Assembly (NCBI GenBank): GCA_002269645.1
Contig: NIVC01001091.1
Coordinates: forward strand, 186,001-250,000
DNA length: 64,000 bases
Direction of reading: 5' to 3'
From: Macrostomum lignano
Taxonomy: Eukaryota
The notes below the pieces were generated by a model. The model searched no databases and had not been told where the DNA came from. It saw only the letters and a program-made list of their open reading frames with translations. Position numbers and translations under genes: made by a program. Position 1 is the stretch's first letter, and each line of letters begins with the position of its first letter. Shown piece after piece: positions 41,201 to 63,200 of this stretch.

Positions 41201-44200
41201 ATTTTTTTATGCTACATGCATTGTGGCCAAGAAATTGTTTCAATGCTAAAAGGATTAAATATTCAAAAACATGCTTTTTTGCAAAGGTCAAACAGACTTT
41301 TCAACTTGAAATGCACTGTAAGAATGCTAGAAAAGAATGACTGAGTTCTGATTCTAATAAAGATTGCATCACAACTGAATTGTGACTCTGACTTGAGTTG
41401 TGTCACAGTGTTGAAAAAAGCAGTATGGAAGCATACTATAAGACTTGATTTAGATTGCATAACCATATTAATTTTGAGACTAATGCTATCTGCCTGAAAA
41501 ATTGATTATGCCATAACTGCTTCATGTGAATTTTAGTCCAACTGACTTGATTTGAGTTTTGAATTATATAAGTGCTATAATTGATGTTATTGGAACAATG
41601 AGAGCTAGCCTAGACATAAACAGACTGAACTGCTAATGTAGCAACATGGGTTTGAATTTTAACTTACTTACTACTGAACTAAAAGTAGCTTACCTTCAAG
41701 TTTGCCAAGTGGCCTATCTAATAACTATGAGTTATAGGAAAAAGGAAACTTAGATTTAATTGAATCCATACTGGAATAATCTGTTTTGGCACTGAGACAA
41801 GATCACACATTTACATTGGATTTACAAGATTTATGTTAATTGTTCAATACCAACCCTGCTCAAAAGTTCATTATATTTAAATATTAAGGCCTATCTTAGG
41901 ACTTTATTAATTTATTCTTTTAAGGATAAGACACAGTGTAAAGAGTAATTTATGACATATAAGTACCCCATTATTCGCACCTCAAGCGCCCAGGTGGTGA
42001 TGAACGCCGCGATCATTATGATGCATCGCCTGTTAATCTATTGGCCATCGCACAAGCTGCCACTGGGCAAAGTGGCCGCCGCCTGTTTCTTTTTGGCCGC
42101 CAAAATGGAGGATTGCCCACGTCGGCTGGCCTACGTTGTGCAGCAGTACTTTCGACACGAGCGACAGGTGGCTGATATCAAACAGGTGAGAAAAATATAT
42201 AAAATGAGATTCGAACTCGCGCGAGTTCAGTAACTGAAATGAGTCACTGAGTTCTTTGTCTTTGTTAACCTGGTTTCTACTTTTATTATCAGTTTGCTAA
42301 GTGCGCGGCCACCAAAATTAATAAGCCGATATGTATCGAAAAATAACTTTAAAAACGGGTTTTTTTTTCCATTAATTTGCAGGTGAGCGACGAGGAGATG
42401 TCGCAAGTCGGCGAAGAGATCGTGCTGCTGGAGAGCCTTATCCTGCCCTGCCTCGGCTTCAACCTGACCATCACGCATCCGCACAATATGCTTAGTCGGG
42501 GCTGTCGCGCTTTGAATCTGCCCAGACCCTTGATCCAGACGGCCTATTACAACTGTACCAATCTGCTGCACCTCACCATGATGGTGCTCAGACTCCGACC
42601 GGAGACTCTGGCAGCCGCTTGCGTTCAGATGGCCGCCTCTTGGAGCAACACTGATCTGCCATCCGTCACTGAGACTGACGGCAAGTATTGGTTTAATTAC
42701 TTCGATCCCAGCATGACGCCCGAACTGCTCAAAGCTGCCGTAGACGAGTGCATCGCCGAGCTCACTAAAGTGCCGCCAGAGGAGAAGAAGACGGTTAAGC
42801 TTCTTACTAAGGTGAGCTATCTGCTTTGCGGCTGTTGGGCCAGTGAGATTGGACCTACGGTGCAAAAATGGTGTAAGCAGTAAGTTTGTACTGTAATAAT
42901 TGGTAGTGTGTGTTAATGGTGTGGCGTGTTTAGGGGTAGTGTTTAGAGTATAATGTGATTACAGGGTGGTGTGAACAGAAGTAGGGTAGATAGGAGGGGT
43001 AGGGTGAACAGGAGGGGGGTAGGGTGAACAGGAGGGGTGCTAGGGTGAACAGGAGGGGTGCTAGGGTGAACAGGAGGGGTGCTAGGGTGAACAGAAGGGG
43101 TGGTATGGTGAATAGGAGGGGTGGTAGGGTGAACAAGAGGGGTGATAAAGTGAACAGGAGTGTGCTAGGGTGAACAGGAGGGGTGGTAGGGTGAACAGGA
43201 GGGTGGTAGGGTGAACAGGAGGGTGGTAGGGTGAACAGGAGGGGTGGTAGGGTGAACAGGAGGGGTGGTAGGGTGAACAGGAGGGGTGGTAGGGTGAACA
43301 GGAGGGGATAAGGGTGAACAGGAGGGGTGGTAGGGTGAACAGGAGGGGTGGTAGGGTGAACAGGAGGGGATAAGGGTGAACAGGAGGGGTGGTAGGGTGA
43401 ACAGGAGGGGTGGTAGGGTGAACAGGAGGGGTGGTAGGGTGAACAGGAGGGGTGGTAGGGTGAACAGGAGGGGATAAGGGTGAACAGGAGGGGTGGTAGG
43501 GTGAACAGGAGGGGTGGTAGGGTGAACAGGAGGGGTGGTAGGGTGAACAGGAGGGGTGGTAGGGTGAACAGGAGGGGTGGTAGGGTGAACAGGAGGGGTG
43601 GTAGGGTGAACAGGAGGGGTGGTAGGGTGAACAGGAGGGGTGGTAGGGTGAACAGGAGGGGTGGTGGGGTGAACAGGAGGGGTGGTGGGGTGAATAGGAG
43701 GGGTGCTAGGGTGAACAGGAGGGTGTTAGGGTGAACAGGAGGGGTAATGTGCGAGTAGAGTCGAATATTCGATTCTATTTTAAAGCGACGAAAAGTTTTA
43801 AACGGTAATGTCCACTAGCAAGCCAAAGCAAAATATAACTGAGGAATTTGGCAGCTCACAAGCGAAATAAAAATTGCGCCAAATTCTCAATGCTTAACTA
43901 GAGCTTGCTTACATGATCGATCAGTGCCATCAATAGCTGCTTGACATTTCCAGTCAGACAAAGTGGAACTTGCAGTTCGCAGAGGGACTTACAATTTATT
44001 TAACTGGACCCACGTGATTAATCAGCTAAAGTTAAGAAGCTTAGCTACGAGCCGCATTTTACCAGATCATCCTCAGGCTGGGTTGCCACCCTCCCAGATC
44101 CTCAGGTTGAGTAATCCATCCTCCCAGATCCTCAGACTGGGTTGCCATTGCCACTCTCCCAGATCCTCAGACTGAGTTGCCACCCTCCCAGATCCTCAGG

Positions 44201-46045
44201 CTGAGTTGCCACCCTCCCAGATCCTCAGACTGGGTTGCCACCCTCCCAGATCCTCAGACTGGGTTGCCACCCTCCCAGATCCTCAGGTTTAGTATCCACC
44301 CTCCCAGATCCTCAGACTGGGTTGCCACCCTCCCAGATCCTCAGGTTTAGTATCCACCCTCCCAGATCCTCAGACTGGGTTGCCACCCTCCCAGATCCTC
44401 AGGTTTAGTATCCACCCTCCCAGATCCTCAGGTTTAGTATCCACCCTCCCAGATCCTCAGGTTTAGTATCCACCCTCCCAGATCCTCAGGTTTAGTATCC
44501 ACCCTCCCAGATCCTCAGACTGGGTTGCCACCCTCCCAGATCCTCAGGTTTAGTATCCACCCTCCCAGATCCTCAGGTTTAGTATCCACCCTCCCAGATC
44601 CTCAGGTTTAGTATCCACCCTCCCAGATCCTCAGACTGGGTTGCCACCCTCCCATATCCTCAGGCTGAGTTGCCACCCTCCCAGATCCTCAGACTGAGTA
44701 TCCACCCTCCCAGATCCTCAGGCTGAGTTGCCACCCTCCCAGATCCTCAGACGGGATTGCCACCCTCCAAGATTCTCAGGTTGAGTATCCACCCTCCCAG
44801 ATCCTCAGACTGGGTTGCCACCCTCCCAGATCCTCAGACTGGGTTGCCACCCTCCCAGATCCTCAGACTGGGTTGCCACCCTCCCAGATCCTCAGACTGG
44901 GTTGCCACCCTCCCAGATCCTCAAGCTGTTCGCGGCCACCCTTCCAAATCCAGGTGAATTCTGTTTAACTTGTTTGAGCACTGGGTTAGAGCACTAGAGC
45001 ACTGTTAGAGGAGTTTCAACAGAAACATCTGATAACCGCGGCTTAACCAACCCGCAGGCGGCTCCCACCCCAAGCCAGCTCATGCAGCTGCAGCAGCAGC
45101 AGATTGCTAAGCGTCAACAGGATCGCGAAGCCGCTGCGAAAGCTGCCAAAGCCGCCGCCGCCGCAGCCGCGGCCAGCGCATCAACTTCAACAGATGCCAG
45201 TTCGGCCCCGTCAGCATCTGGCGACTCTTCATCAGCTGCGACAGCAGCAGCAGCAGCTGCTGTCACGCAGCACAGCCGGCCAGCAGCGGCCCTAACGATT
45301 GACGAGTACAAAAAGCGGCGTCAAAACGACGCGGCAGCAGCGGCGCAGTCGGCTGCTGGCGCCGGCAAGCCTTCCGGCCCGGCTTATCATCATCATCAGC
45401 AGCAGCAGCAGCAGCGACAGCAGCTTCCTTGGTTGCAGCATCACAGGTGAGTGCAATAAATTGACTCATACGTTTGGCTCTTGCCTTGAGCATTGGCATC
45501 TCATCAACCCCTCCCCCCTTGAGCATTGGCATCTCCTCAACCCCCCCTTGAGCATTGGCATCTCATCAATTCCCCCTTGAGCATTGGCATCTTATCAACC
45601 CCCCTGAGCATTGGCATCTCATCAATTCCCCCTTGAGCATTGGCATCTCATCAATTCCCCCTTTAAGCCCTATTTACTATATGTGACAAACGATTTAATC
45701 CAATTTTTACACAGGCAACAGCAGCAGCAATCGCAGCTGCAACAGCAGCATCACAATAATCATCAGCATCATTCGCATCATTCTGGCCAGCATCCGCATC
45801 ATTCTGGCCAGCATCCGAATCATCATTATCGTCAACAGCAGCATCAGCATCATCATCATCATTCGCGTCCGGGTCTGTCCGGCTCAGCATCCTCGTCGGC
45901 CTCCGGATCAGCCGTCGTGCCGCCCAGCCTCTCCGGTTCGAAGCGACCGCACCACGCCGTGCCCGGCGATTTCTCTTCGTCAGCTGGCGACGCCAATCAG
46001 TCTAAAAAGCACAAACCTAGCCTGCCTCACTACTTTACTAAGTAG
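38216..46045 (+). CDS. CCNT: Cyclin T (P-TEFb regulatory subunit); join(38216..38394,41987..42185,42383..42811,45058..45446,45715..46045)
   Basis: Cyclin box motifs [61 protein letters not shown] and TNLLHLT, plus a His/Gln-rich C-terminal tail typical of cyclin T. All four introns are GT-AG with matching phases (2,0,0,2). Confidence 0.88.
39181..39600 (-). mobile_element. 5'-truncated, decayed non-LTR retrotransposon (R1/LOA/I-like) ORF2 C-terminus, 3' UTR and (TAAG)n tail in cyclin T intron 1
   Basis: The minus strand reads ALT(S)HGFF*KH...[19 protein letters not shown](Y)P...KYLGH...FVWDSG with one frameshift. This is the LTGHG...CxxC...H...C end motif of these LINEs. The tail GTAAGTAAGTT is at 39181-39191. 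Confidence 0.75.
39909..40262. repeat. Diverged tandem duplication of ~178 bp
   Basis: Both units start TCCCATAAGGAT...AAAATTGCATTTTACTTAG (at ~39909 and ~40087) and align over their length. Confidence 0.85.
41600..41660 (+). pseudogene. Decayed tRNA-Ser(GCT)-like sequence or tRNA-derived SINE head
   Basis: A-box-like TAGCCTAG, anticodon-loop-like ACTGCTAAT and B-box-like GGGTTTGAATTT occur in tRNA order and spacing; the stems are not intact. Confidence 0.35.
42990..43745. repeat. G-rich intronic minisatellite, 21-bp unit (AGGGTGAACAGGAGGGGTGGT)
   Basis: About 36 copies in cyclin T intron 3. Confidence 0.95.
44068..44925. repeat. Intronic minisatellite, 29-bp unit (ATCCTCAGACTGGGTTGCCACCCTCCCAG)
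   Basis: About 29 copies with two alternating variants (ACTGGGTTG / GTTTAGTAT). Confidence 0.95.
45485..45662. repeat. Intronic minisatellite, ~29-bp unit (CCCCTTGAGCATTGGCATCTCATCAA)
   Basis: About 6 copies in cyclin T intron 4. Confidence 0.9.
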
Positions 46046-46486
46046 CAAGTTTATATAGTAGCCAATTAACTGGGTGGTTGCTTAATAACGGACGTTTTGT
46101 TTTCTTTATAATTTCTCTTACGCTGGGTCGTGCTTTGGCTTTGATTTAGAATTAACCACAGATGCTCGAATAGCTAGGTTTGTCAATCGCAAAAATGAGC
46201 TTTTTGCGTTTTTATTAAGTAAAATATTTCATTGAATTTGTCAAAAACTTTTGGTAGCTGCAATAACAAGCAGACTCATAAATTAAGCATCTTCATCCTG
46301 TTTTTCTGACTCCAGACTGCCCCAGGCTCAAAATTATTTTACAAGAAACCAATTTAAGTTTGAAGTCTGTTGGAGAACTTGAAAAACCAAATCTAGTGCG
46401 TGTGCATCGCGAGCAAGAGAAAAGAGGGACACCCCATCCCCAGCCCAAACAGTGGACTGTCAGACTTTGGCCCTCTCCTTAGGTCC

Positions 46487-46780
46487 TTACTGCTCTCTCA
46501 TTGGCTGAGCTGGAATTAGGCCTGCCCCCCCCCGCTAGGCTGTTTTGTTCGTCCAACTTTGACCTCTCTCCTTACTGCTCTCTCATTGGCTGAGCTGGAA
46601 TTGGGCCTGCCCCCCACTAGGACGTTTTGTTTGTCTAACTTTGACCTCTCTCCTTACTGCTCTCTCATTGGCTGAGCTGGAATTGGGCCTGCCCCCCACC
46701 AGGACGTTTTGTTTGTCTAACTATAATCTCTCTCTCCTTACTGCTCTCTCATTGGCTGAGTTGAAATTGGCCTGTCCCTA
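46487..46780. repeat. 3.5 tandem copies of an ~82-bp unit, each containing a consensus NF-Y (CCAAT) site
   Basis: Each unit has CTTACTGCTCTCTCATTGGCTGAG, which reads CAGCCAATGAG on the minus strand, followed by GGCCTGCCCCCC. Confidence 0.85.
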
Positions 46781-47359
46781 AACTGAGTTTTGTCTATCTT
46801 ACGTGATTTATTCTTAACCTTAGAAACCTTAACCTTGGCTGCAAACCTCAGCCAACCCCGAAAAAGGAAATGAAATTTTAACTGCCACAATATATTTAAG
46901 TGACTCTGCGCAGAAAAACTACTGGAAAAAGTGTAGACGATGTACTTTTTCACAACTTTTTTCGCGACTGACATATCCAGTTAATATACGAGTAGTATCT
47001 GTGGCATTAGCTAGATTAGATTAGAAAGATTTATAATTACTCGTACATGCGAGTTCATGTACCGTGAAATTGGTAGCTACTGTCTGTGTGTGCTTTTTTA
47101 TATATTCTGCTTGTGTTTTCTCTCTGTGTTGACTTGTCTTATTCAGTACGTGTTAATTTATTATTTATGTAGAATTACAGAAAACTGCTATTAATTGACC
47201 TGCTGGATAACGTCTGAGCCGCTGTAAAATTATAAACTACCAGTGTGATTATGTCTCAGTACAAACAATACAAACTGCACAGATCATATAGAGACTATCA
47301 TCACTCTTAAGTCTCCAAGGAATTTGAAAATATTCACAGTAAATCGCTCCATTGGCAGC

Positions 47360-48865
47360 ATTGCCTTAGCAACTGTACCATTCCCTTAGCAACTGTACCA
47401 TTCCCTTAGCAACTGTACCATTCCCTTAGTAACTGTACCATTCCCTTAGCAACTGTACCATTCCCTTAGCAACTATACCATTCCTTTAATAACAGTACCA
47501 TTCCCTTAGCAACGTACCATTCCCTTAGCAACGTACCATTCCCTTAGCAACGTACCATTCCCTTAGCAACTGTACCATTCCCTTAGCAACTGTACCATTC
47601 CCTTAGCAACTGTACCATTCCCTTAGCAACTGTACCATTCCCTTAGCAACTGTACCATTCCTTTAATAACTGTACCATTCCCTTAGCAACTGTACCATTC
47701 CCTTAGCAACTGTACCATTCCCTTAGCAACTATACCATTCCCTTAGCAACTGTACCATTCCTTTAATAACTGTACCATTCCCTTAGCAACTGTACCATTC
47801 CCTTAGCAACTGTACCATTCCCTTAGTAACTGTACCATTCCCTTAGCAACTGTACCATTCCCTTAGCAACTGTACCATTCCCTTAGCAACTGTACCATTC
47901 CTTTAATAACTGTACCATTCCCTTAGCAACTGTACCATTCCCTTAGCAACTGTACCATTCCCTTAGCAACTATACCATTCCCTTAGCAACTGTACCATTC
48001 CTTTAATAACTGTACCATTCCCTTAGCAACTGTACCATTCCCTTAGCAACTGTACCATTCCCTTAGCAACTGTACCATTCCTTTAATAACTGTACCATTC
48101 CCTTAGCAACTGTACCATTCCCTTAGCAACTGTACCATTCCCTTAGCAACTATACCATTCCCTTAGCAACTGTACCATTCCCTTAGTAACTGTACCATTC
48201 CCTTAGCAACTGTACCATTCCCTTAGCAACTATACCATTCCCTTAGCAACTGTACCATTCCTTTAATAACTGTACCATTCCCTTAGCAACTGTACCATTC
48301 CCTTAGCAACTGTACCATTCCCTTAGCAACTGTACCATTCCCTTTGCAACAGTACCATTCCCTTAGCAACTATACCATTACCTTAGCAACTGTACCATTC
48401 CCTTAGCAACAGTACCATTCCCTTAGCAACTATACCATTACCTTAGCAACTGTACCATTACCTTAGCAACTGTACCATTCCCTTAGCAACTGTACCATTC
48501 CCTTAGCAACTATACCATTCCCTTAGCAACTATACCATTACCTTAGCAACTGTACCATTCCCTTAGCAACTATACCATTCCCTTAGCAACTATACCATTA
48601 CCTTAGCAACTGTACCATTCCCTTAGCAACTATACCATTCCCTTAGCAACTATACCATTACCTTAGCAACTGTACCATTCCCTTAGCAACTATACCATTC
48701 CCTTAGCAACTATACCATTACCTTAGCAACTATACCATTACCTTAGCAACTGTACCATTCCCTTATCAACTGTACCATACCCTTAGCATCTGTACCGTTT
48801 CCATAGCAACTGTACCATAACCTTAGCAACTGTACCATACCGTTTCCATAGCAACTGTACCATCC
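47360..48865. repeat. Minisatellite, 20-bp unit (CCATTCCCTTAGCAACTGTA), ~75 copies, ending in two RFX X-box consensus matches
   Basis: Direct reading; GTTTCCATAGCAAC at 48797-48810 and 48842-48855. Confidence 0.95.
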
Positions 48866-49937
48866 CAAAGAAGTGCAAAAAAGCGTCGGAAAGTAAAGCG
48901 AAAGCAATTATTTTCTTCCAAATATCGCTAGATCAGTCCTTGCTGTATACAGTTAAAATTACCTAAAAAATCAAACAGGTCAATAGGATTAAATTATGCA
49001 TTAATTATCTTGCTTAATTGCGTTACTGTTGCGTGTTTCACAGCATTTCTTTAATTATAAATATGAAGCATTATCTGTCTCATTTGTTCCACCCCTAACC
49101 TGCTTGTGGATGAATTATAAAAAAGGAATAAAAGTTATAAAAAAGCATAATCACTATCCAGCACCGCTGCGTTTACCTGTCTGTTCGTAAATTGCCAAAA
49201 AATCTTCAAAAACATAAAAGTTACACATATTTTTGTTTTCTTTTCGTTTATAAATTTTTGTACTTGGCCACAGTCGTGTTGTAATTCGCAGTGTATGCTA
49301 TGCTCACTGCTGCTATAGTAATATATGTTTGTAATAACAATAATAATAATATTATTACCGATAGAACGCCGACTGCAAGCGAATATTTAATTCTATTGCT
49401 GAGGCGGCTCAGTGCAGGACAAATAAAAAATCCCGAGTTAATAATTTTGGACATTTTCAGTCCAAAAAATGATTATGCCGAATCTGCACTTTATTCATTT
49501 TATGTAGATTTTATAAGTTAGTAGTTCTCACATAGCCATTAAAATAGAGCTGTACAATAGAAGTTCTTATTGGCTCGTGGAATTCTCAATTACTACTACT
49601 TACTTAAGTAGAAAGATGGGAATTTTGGAAATTTTTAGGTAGCAGGTATTTCAGAAAAACATACACTACGGAGATAGGAAGTTTTCACTTTTGAGCTTAA
49701 AAAGTTTATTACTTTCGATGGAAGGCAGGCCCAATGTTCATATTTTGATATGTTGGTCAGTCTTATAGCTCTATTGATATTTATAGAGTCTTTCGTTTCG
49801 AAAATTAAGACAATTAGAAAGTTAGAGATATCTCCGTAGTGAGTTTTTTTTCTCGAAAAAACCCTGCTTTCTAAAATTTTCCCAAGAATTATTGAATTAT
49901 TAGTTTAAAATTGCTATTTAACAAACAAACAAAATTC

Positions 49938-50468
49938 ATGGAAAAACCAAAGCAGATCGAAGCCAAAGGCGGTCGTTTTGTTGGCCCGCTAAATCTTCTC
50001 TTGACTGTGTCGCTCAATGTTTTTGTGTTCAGATTTCTGCCGCCAATCACTGCGCCCTGGCTGCTGCCAGCTACTGTTAGTAGTGCTATTAGTAGTGGCG
50101 ATGACGTCAGTAGAGCCGCTGGTTTGAGTGTGGCCGCCACTTGGCTGGCGCCGCCGGCTCTGATGGCGGCTTTGCTGCCCGCGGCGTCCCGCAGCCTGCC
50201 AGTTCTTGGGGACACCTTCGCCACTGAGTCGCTGGTGCACAGTCTGCTGACGCTGATCAACATGCTGGCCGGCGCCGCGGCTGCTCCTCGCCTGCTGCTG
50301 CCCCTGCTGCCGTTGTTCTCCATCTATTACTGCCTGTGCCGCTTGCTCTGCCTGCTGACTGGCTGGCTGGCTCCCGGTCGGCTGCCTCTGGTGCAGTTTG
50401 CCCGACTGTTTGTGCCTAATGTGTTGCTGCTCATCTTTAACTGCTATGCCGCTCTGGCTGGGCTTTGA
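49938..50468 (+). CDS. Orphan small multi-pass membrane protein (176 aa from ATG 49938), or the last exon of one
   Basis: A GC-rich island inside AT-rich flanks coincides with the ORF; CTG/GCC-rich codons and about four hydrophobic segments. A possible internal acceptor is gtgttcag| near 50030. No family recognised. Confidence 0.55.
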   Translation: MEKPKQIEAKGGRFVGPLNLLLTVSLNVFVFRFLPPITAPWLLPATVSSAISSGDDVSRAAGLSVAATWLAPPALMAALLPAASRSLPVLGDTFATESLVHSLLTLINMLAGAAAAPRLLLPLLPLFSIYYCLCRLLCLLTGWLAPGRLPLVQFARLFVPNVLLLIFNCYAALAGL

Positions 50469-50482
50469 CTGCCCGCGTGCTT

Positions 50483-50735
50483 ATAGTTGGGGGTTCATCT
50501 GAGGTCACCGATAGTTGGGGGTTCATCTGAGGTCACCGATAGTTGTGGCTTCATCTGAGGTCACTGATAGTTGTGGCTTCATCTGAGGTCACCGATAGTT
50601 GTGGCTTCATCTGAGGTCACCGATAGTTGTAGGTTCATCTAAGGTCACTTATAGTTGTGGGTTCATCTAAGGTCACCGATAGTTGTAGGTTCATCTAAGG
50701 TCACTGATATCTGTTGGCTCATCTGAGGTCACAAA
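50483..50735. repeat. Minisatellite, 28-bp unit (ATAGTTGTGGCTTCATCTGAGGTCACCG)
   Basis: About 9 copies just after the orphan ORF stop. Confidence 0.9.
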
Positions 50736-51274
50736 TAGTCGGTCATCCAAAAGCACTTATTAGCACTTGATCATATAAAGGCACTTAACCCTTAAGTAAG
50801 ATTTAATTGTAATATTACAATGGTGCTATGATGTACCAGAAATGATTCAAATTTGTAAAAAAATGTTTTTCTCTACAATTTTTTTTTCTATTGTGATTCT
50901 TCCCTTAATCGCTATTACCAATTTCTCGTAGCATTTTGCGATGATTAAAATTTTTTGTTTTACTGATTCTTTTTTTACTTGAGTCAGTTTTCTGATATGC
51001 TTAGCGACAATCTAATAAATAAAAAACGATGACAGATAGTTAATATTTTTTCTTTCTAATTAAGAATATCTCTGTTATTGAGTCTGACTAAATTTTTGTA
51101 GCTTTACTCCTTCGACCTGGGCACGAATGTAGACTATTAAAGCAGGGTCCCACTCACTTTTTAACATTTAGAGAGCGTAATAACTTATTTTTCTTCAAAT
51201 TCGGCTTTCTTTATAAAGTGGCTCCCCTCTAAAGACTGATAGTTTAAGAAAAAAAGACAGGTAGGTAGAAAAAT

Positions 51275-51745
51275 AGATAGGTGGGTGGGTGAGTTGGTAG
51301 ACAGATGGTTGGTAGATAGATGGGTGGGTAGATAGATGGGTTGGTAGATAGATGGGTGGGTAAATAGATGGGCTGGTAAATAGATGGATTGGTAGATAGA
51401 TGGGTTGGTAGATAGATGGGTGGGTAAATAGATGGGCTGGTAAATAGATGGATTGGTAGATAGATGGGTTGGTAGATAGATGGTTTGGTAGATAAGATGG
51501 ATTGGTAGCTAGATGGGTGGGTAAATAGATGGGTTGGTAGATAGATGGGTTGTTAAATAGATGGGTTGGTAGATAGATGGGTTGGTAGATAGATGGGTTC
51601 GTAGACAGATCAGTTGGTAGATAGATGGTTGGTAGATACGAGTAGATGGGTGGGTAGATAGATGGGTTGGTAGATAGATGGATGGTAGATACGAGTAGAT
51701 GGGTGGGTAGATAGATGGGTTGGTAGATAGATGCATGAATGGGTG
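51275..51745. repeat. Degenerate GGTAGATAGATGGGTT repeat upstream of DHX9
   Basis: Direct reading. Confidence 0.9.
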
Positions 51746-51881
51746 GGTGGGTAGAGACCATGGTATATGGATAGTTGTGTAGATAGATTGGCAGTTAGAC
51801 TGGAGACTGGGAAGTTACAGACTTATAACAGATTCAAGCCTAGCCTCCAATCCGATCCAATTGTGCGGCAATTGCAGCCTC

Positions 51882-62968
<11,087 letters not shown>

Positions 62969-63035
62969 GTATGCTGCTGGATCTCTTGACCTTCATGCTC
63001 AATTTGGGCTGCTAGCCTCCCCCCCCCCAAATACT

Positions 63036-63200
63036 CAGGCTGGGCTGCCACTCTCCCAGATCCTCAGTTGCTGAGCAACCCAGATCCTCAGTTGCTGGGC
63101 TGTCACCCTCCCAGGTTCTCAGTTGCTGAGCCACCATCCCAGATCCTCGGTTGCTGGGCTGTCACCCTCCCAGATCCTCAGTTGCAGGGCCACAAGCCTC
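63036..63200. repeat. Short array related to the 29-bp unit at 44068-44925
   Basis: GGCTGGGCTGCCACTCTCCCAGATCCTCAG and variants. Confidence 0.8.

Noticed and set aside
44918-44954. Possible cassette exon or recursive splice site (CCAAATCCAG|GTGAAT)
   Set aside because: As an exon it ends in phase 1 and breaks the frame of the next exon, whereas direct 42811/45058 splicing is in frame. There is no independent support for recursive splicing.
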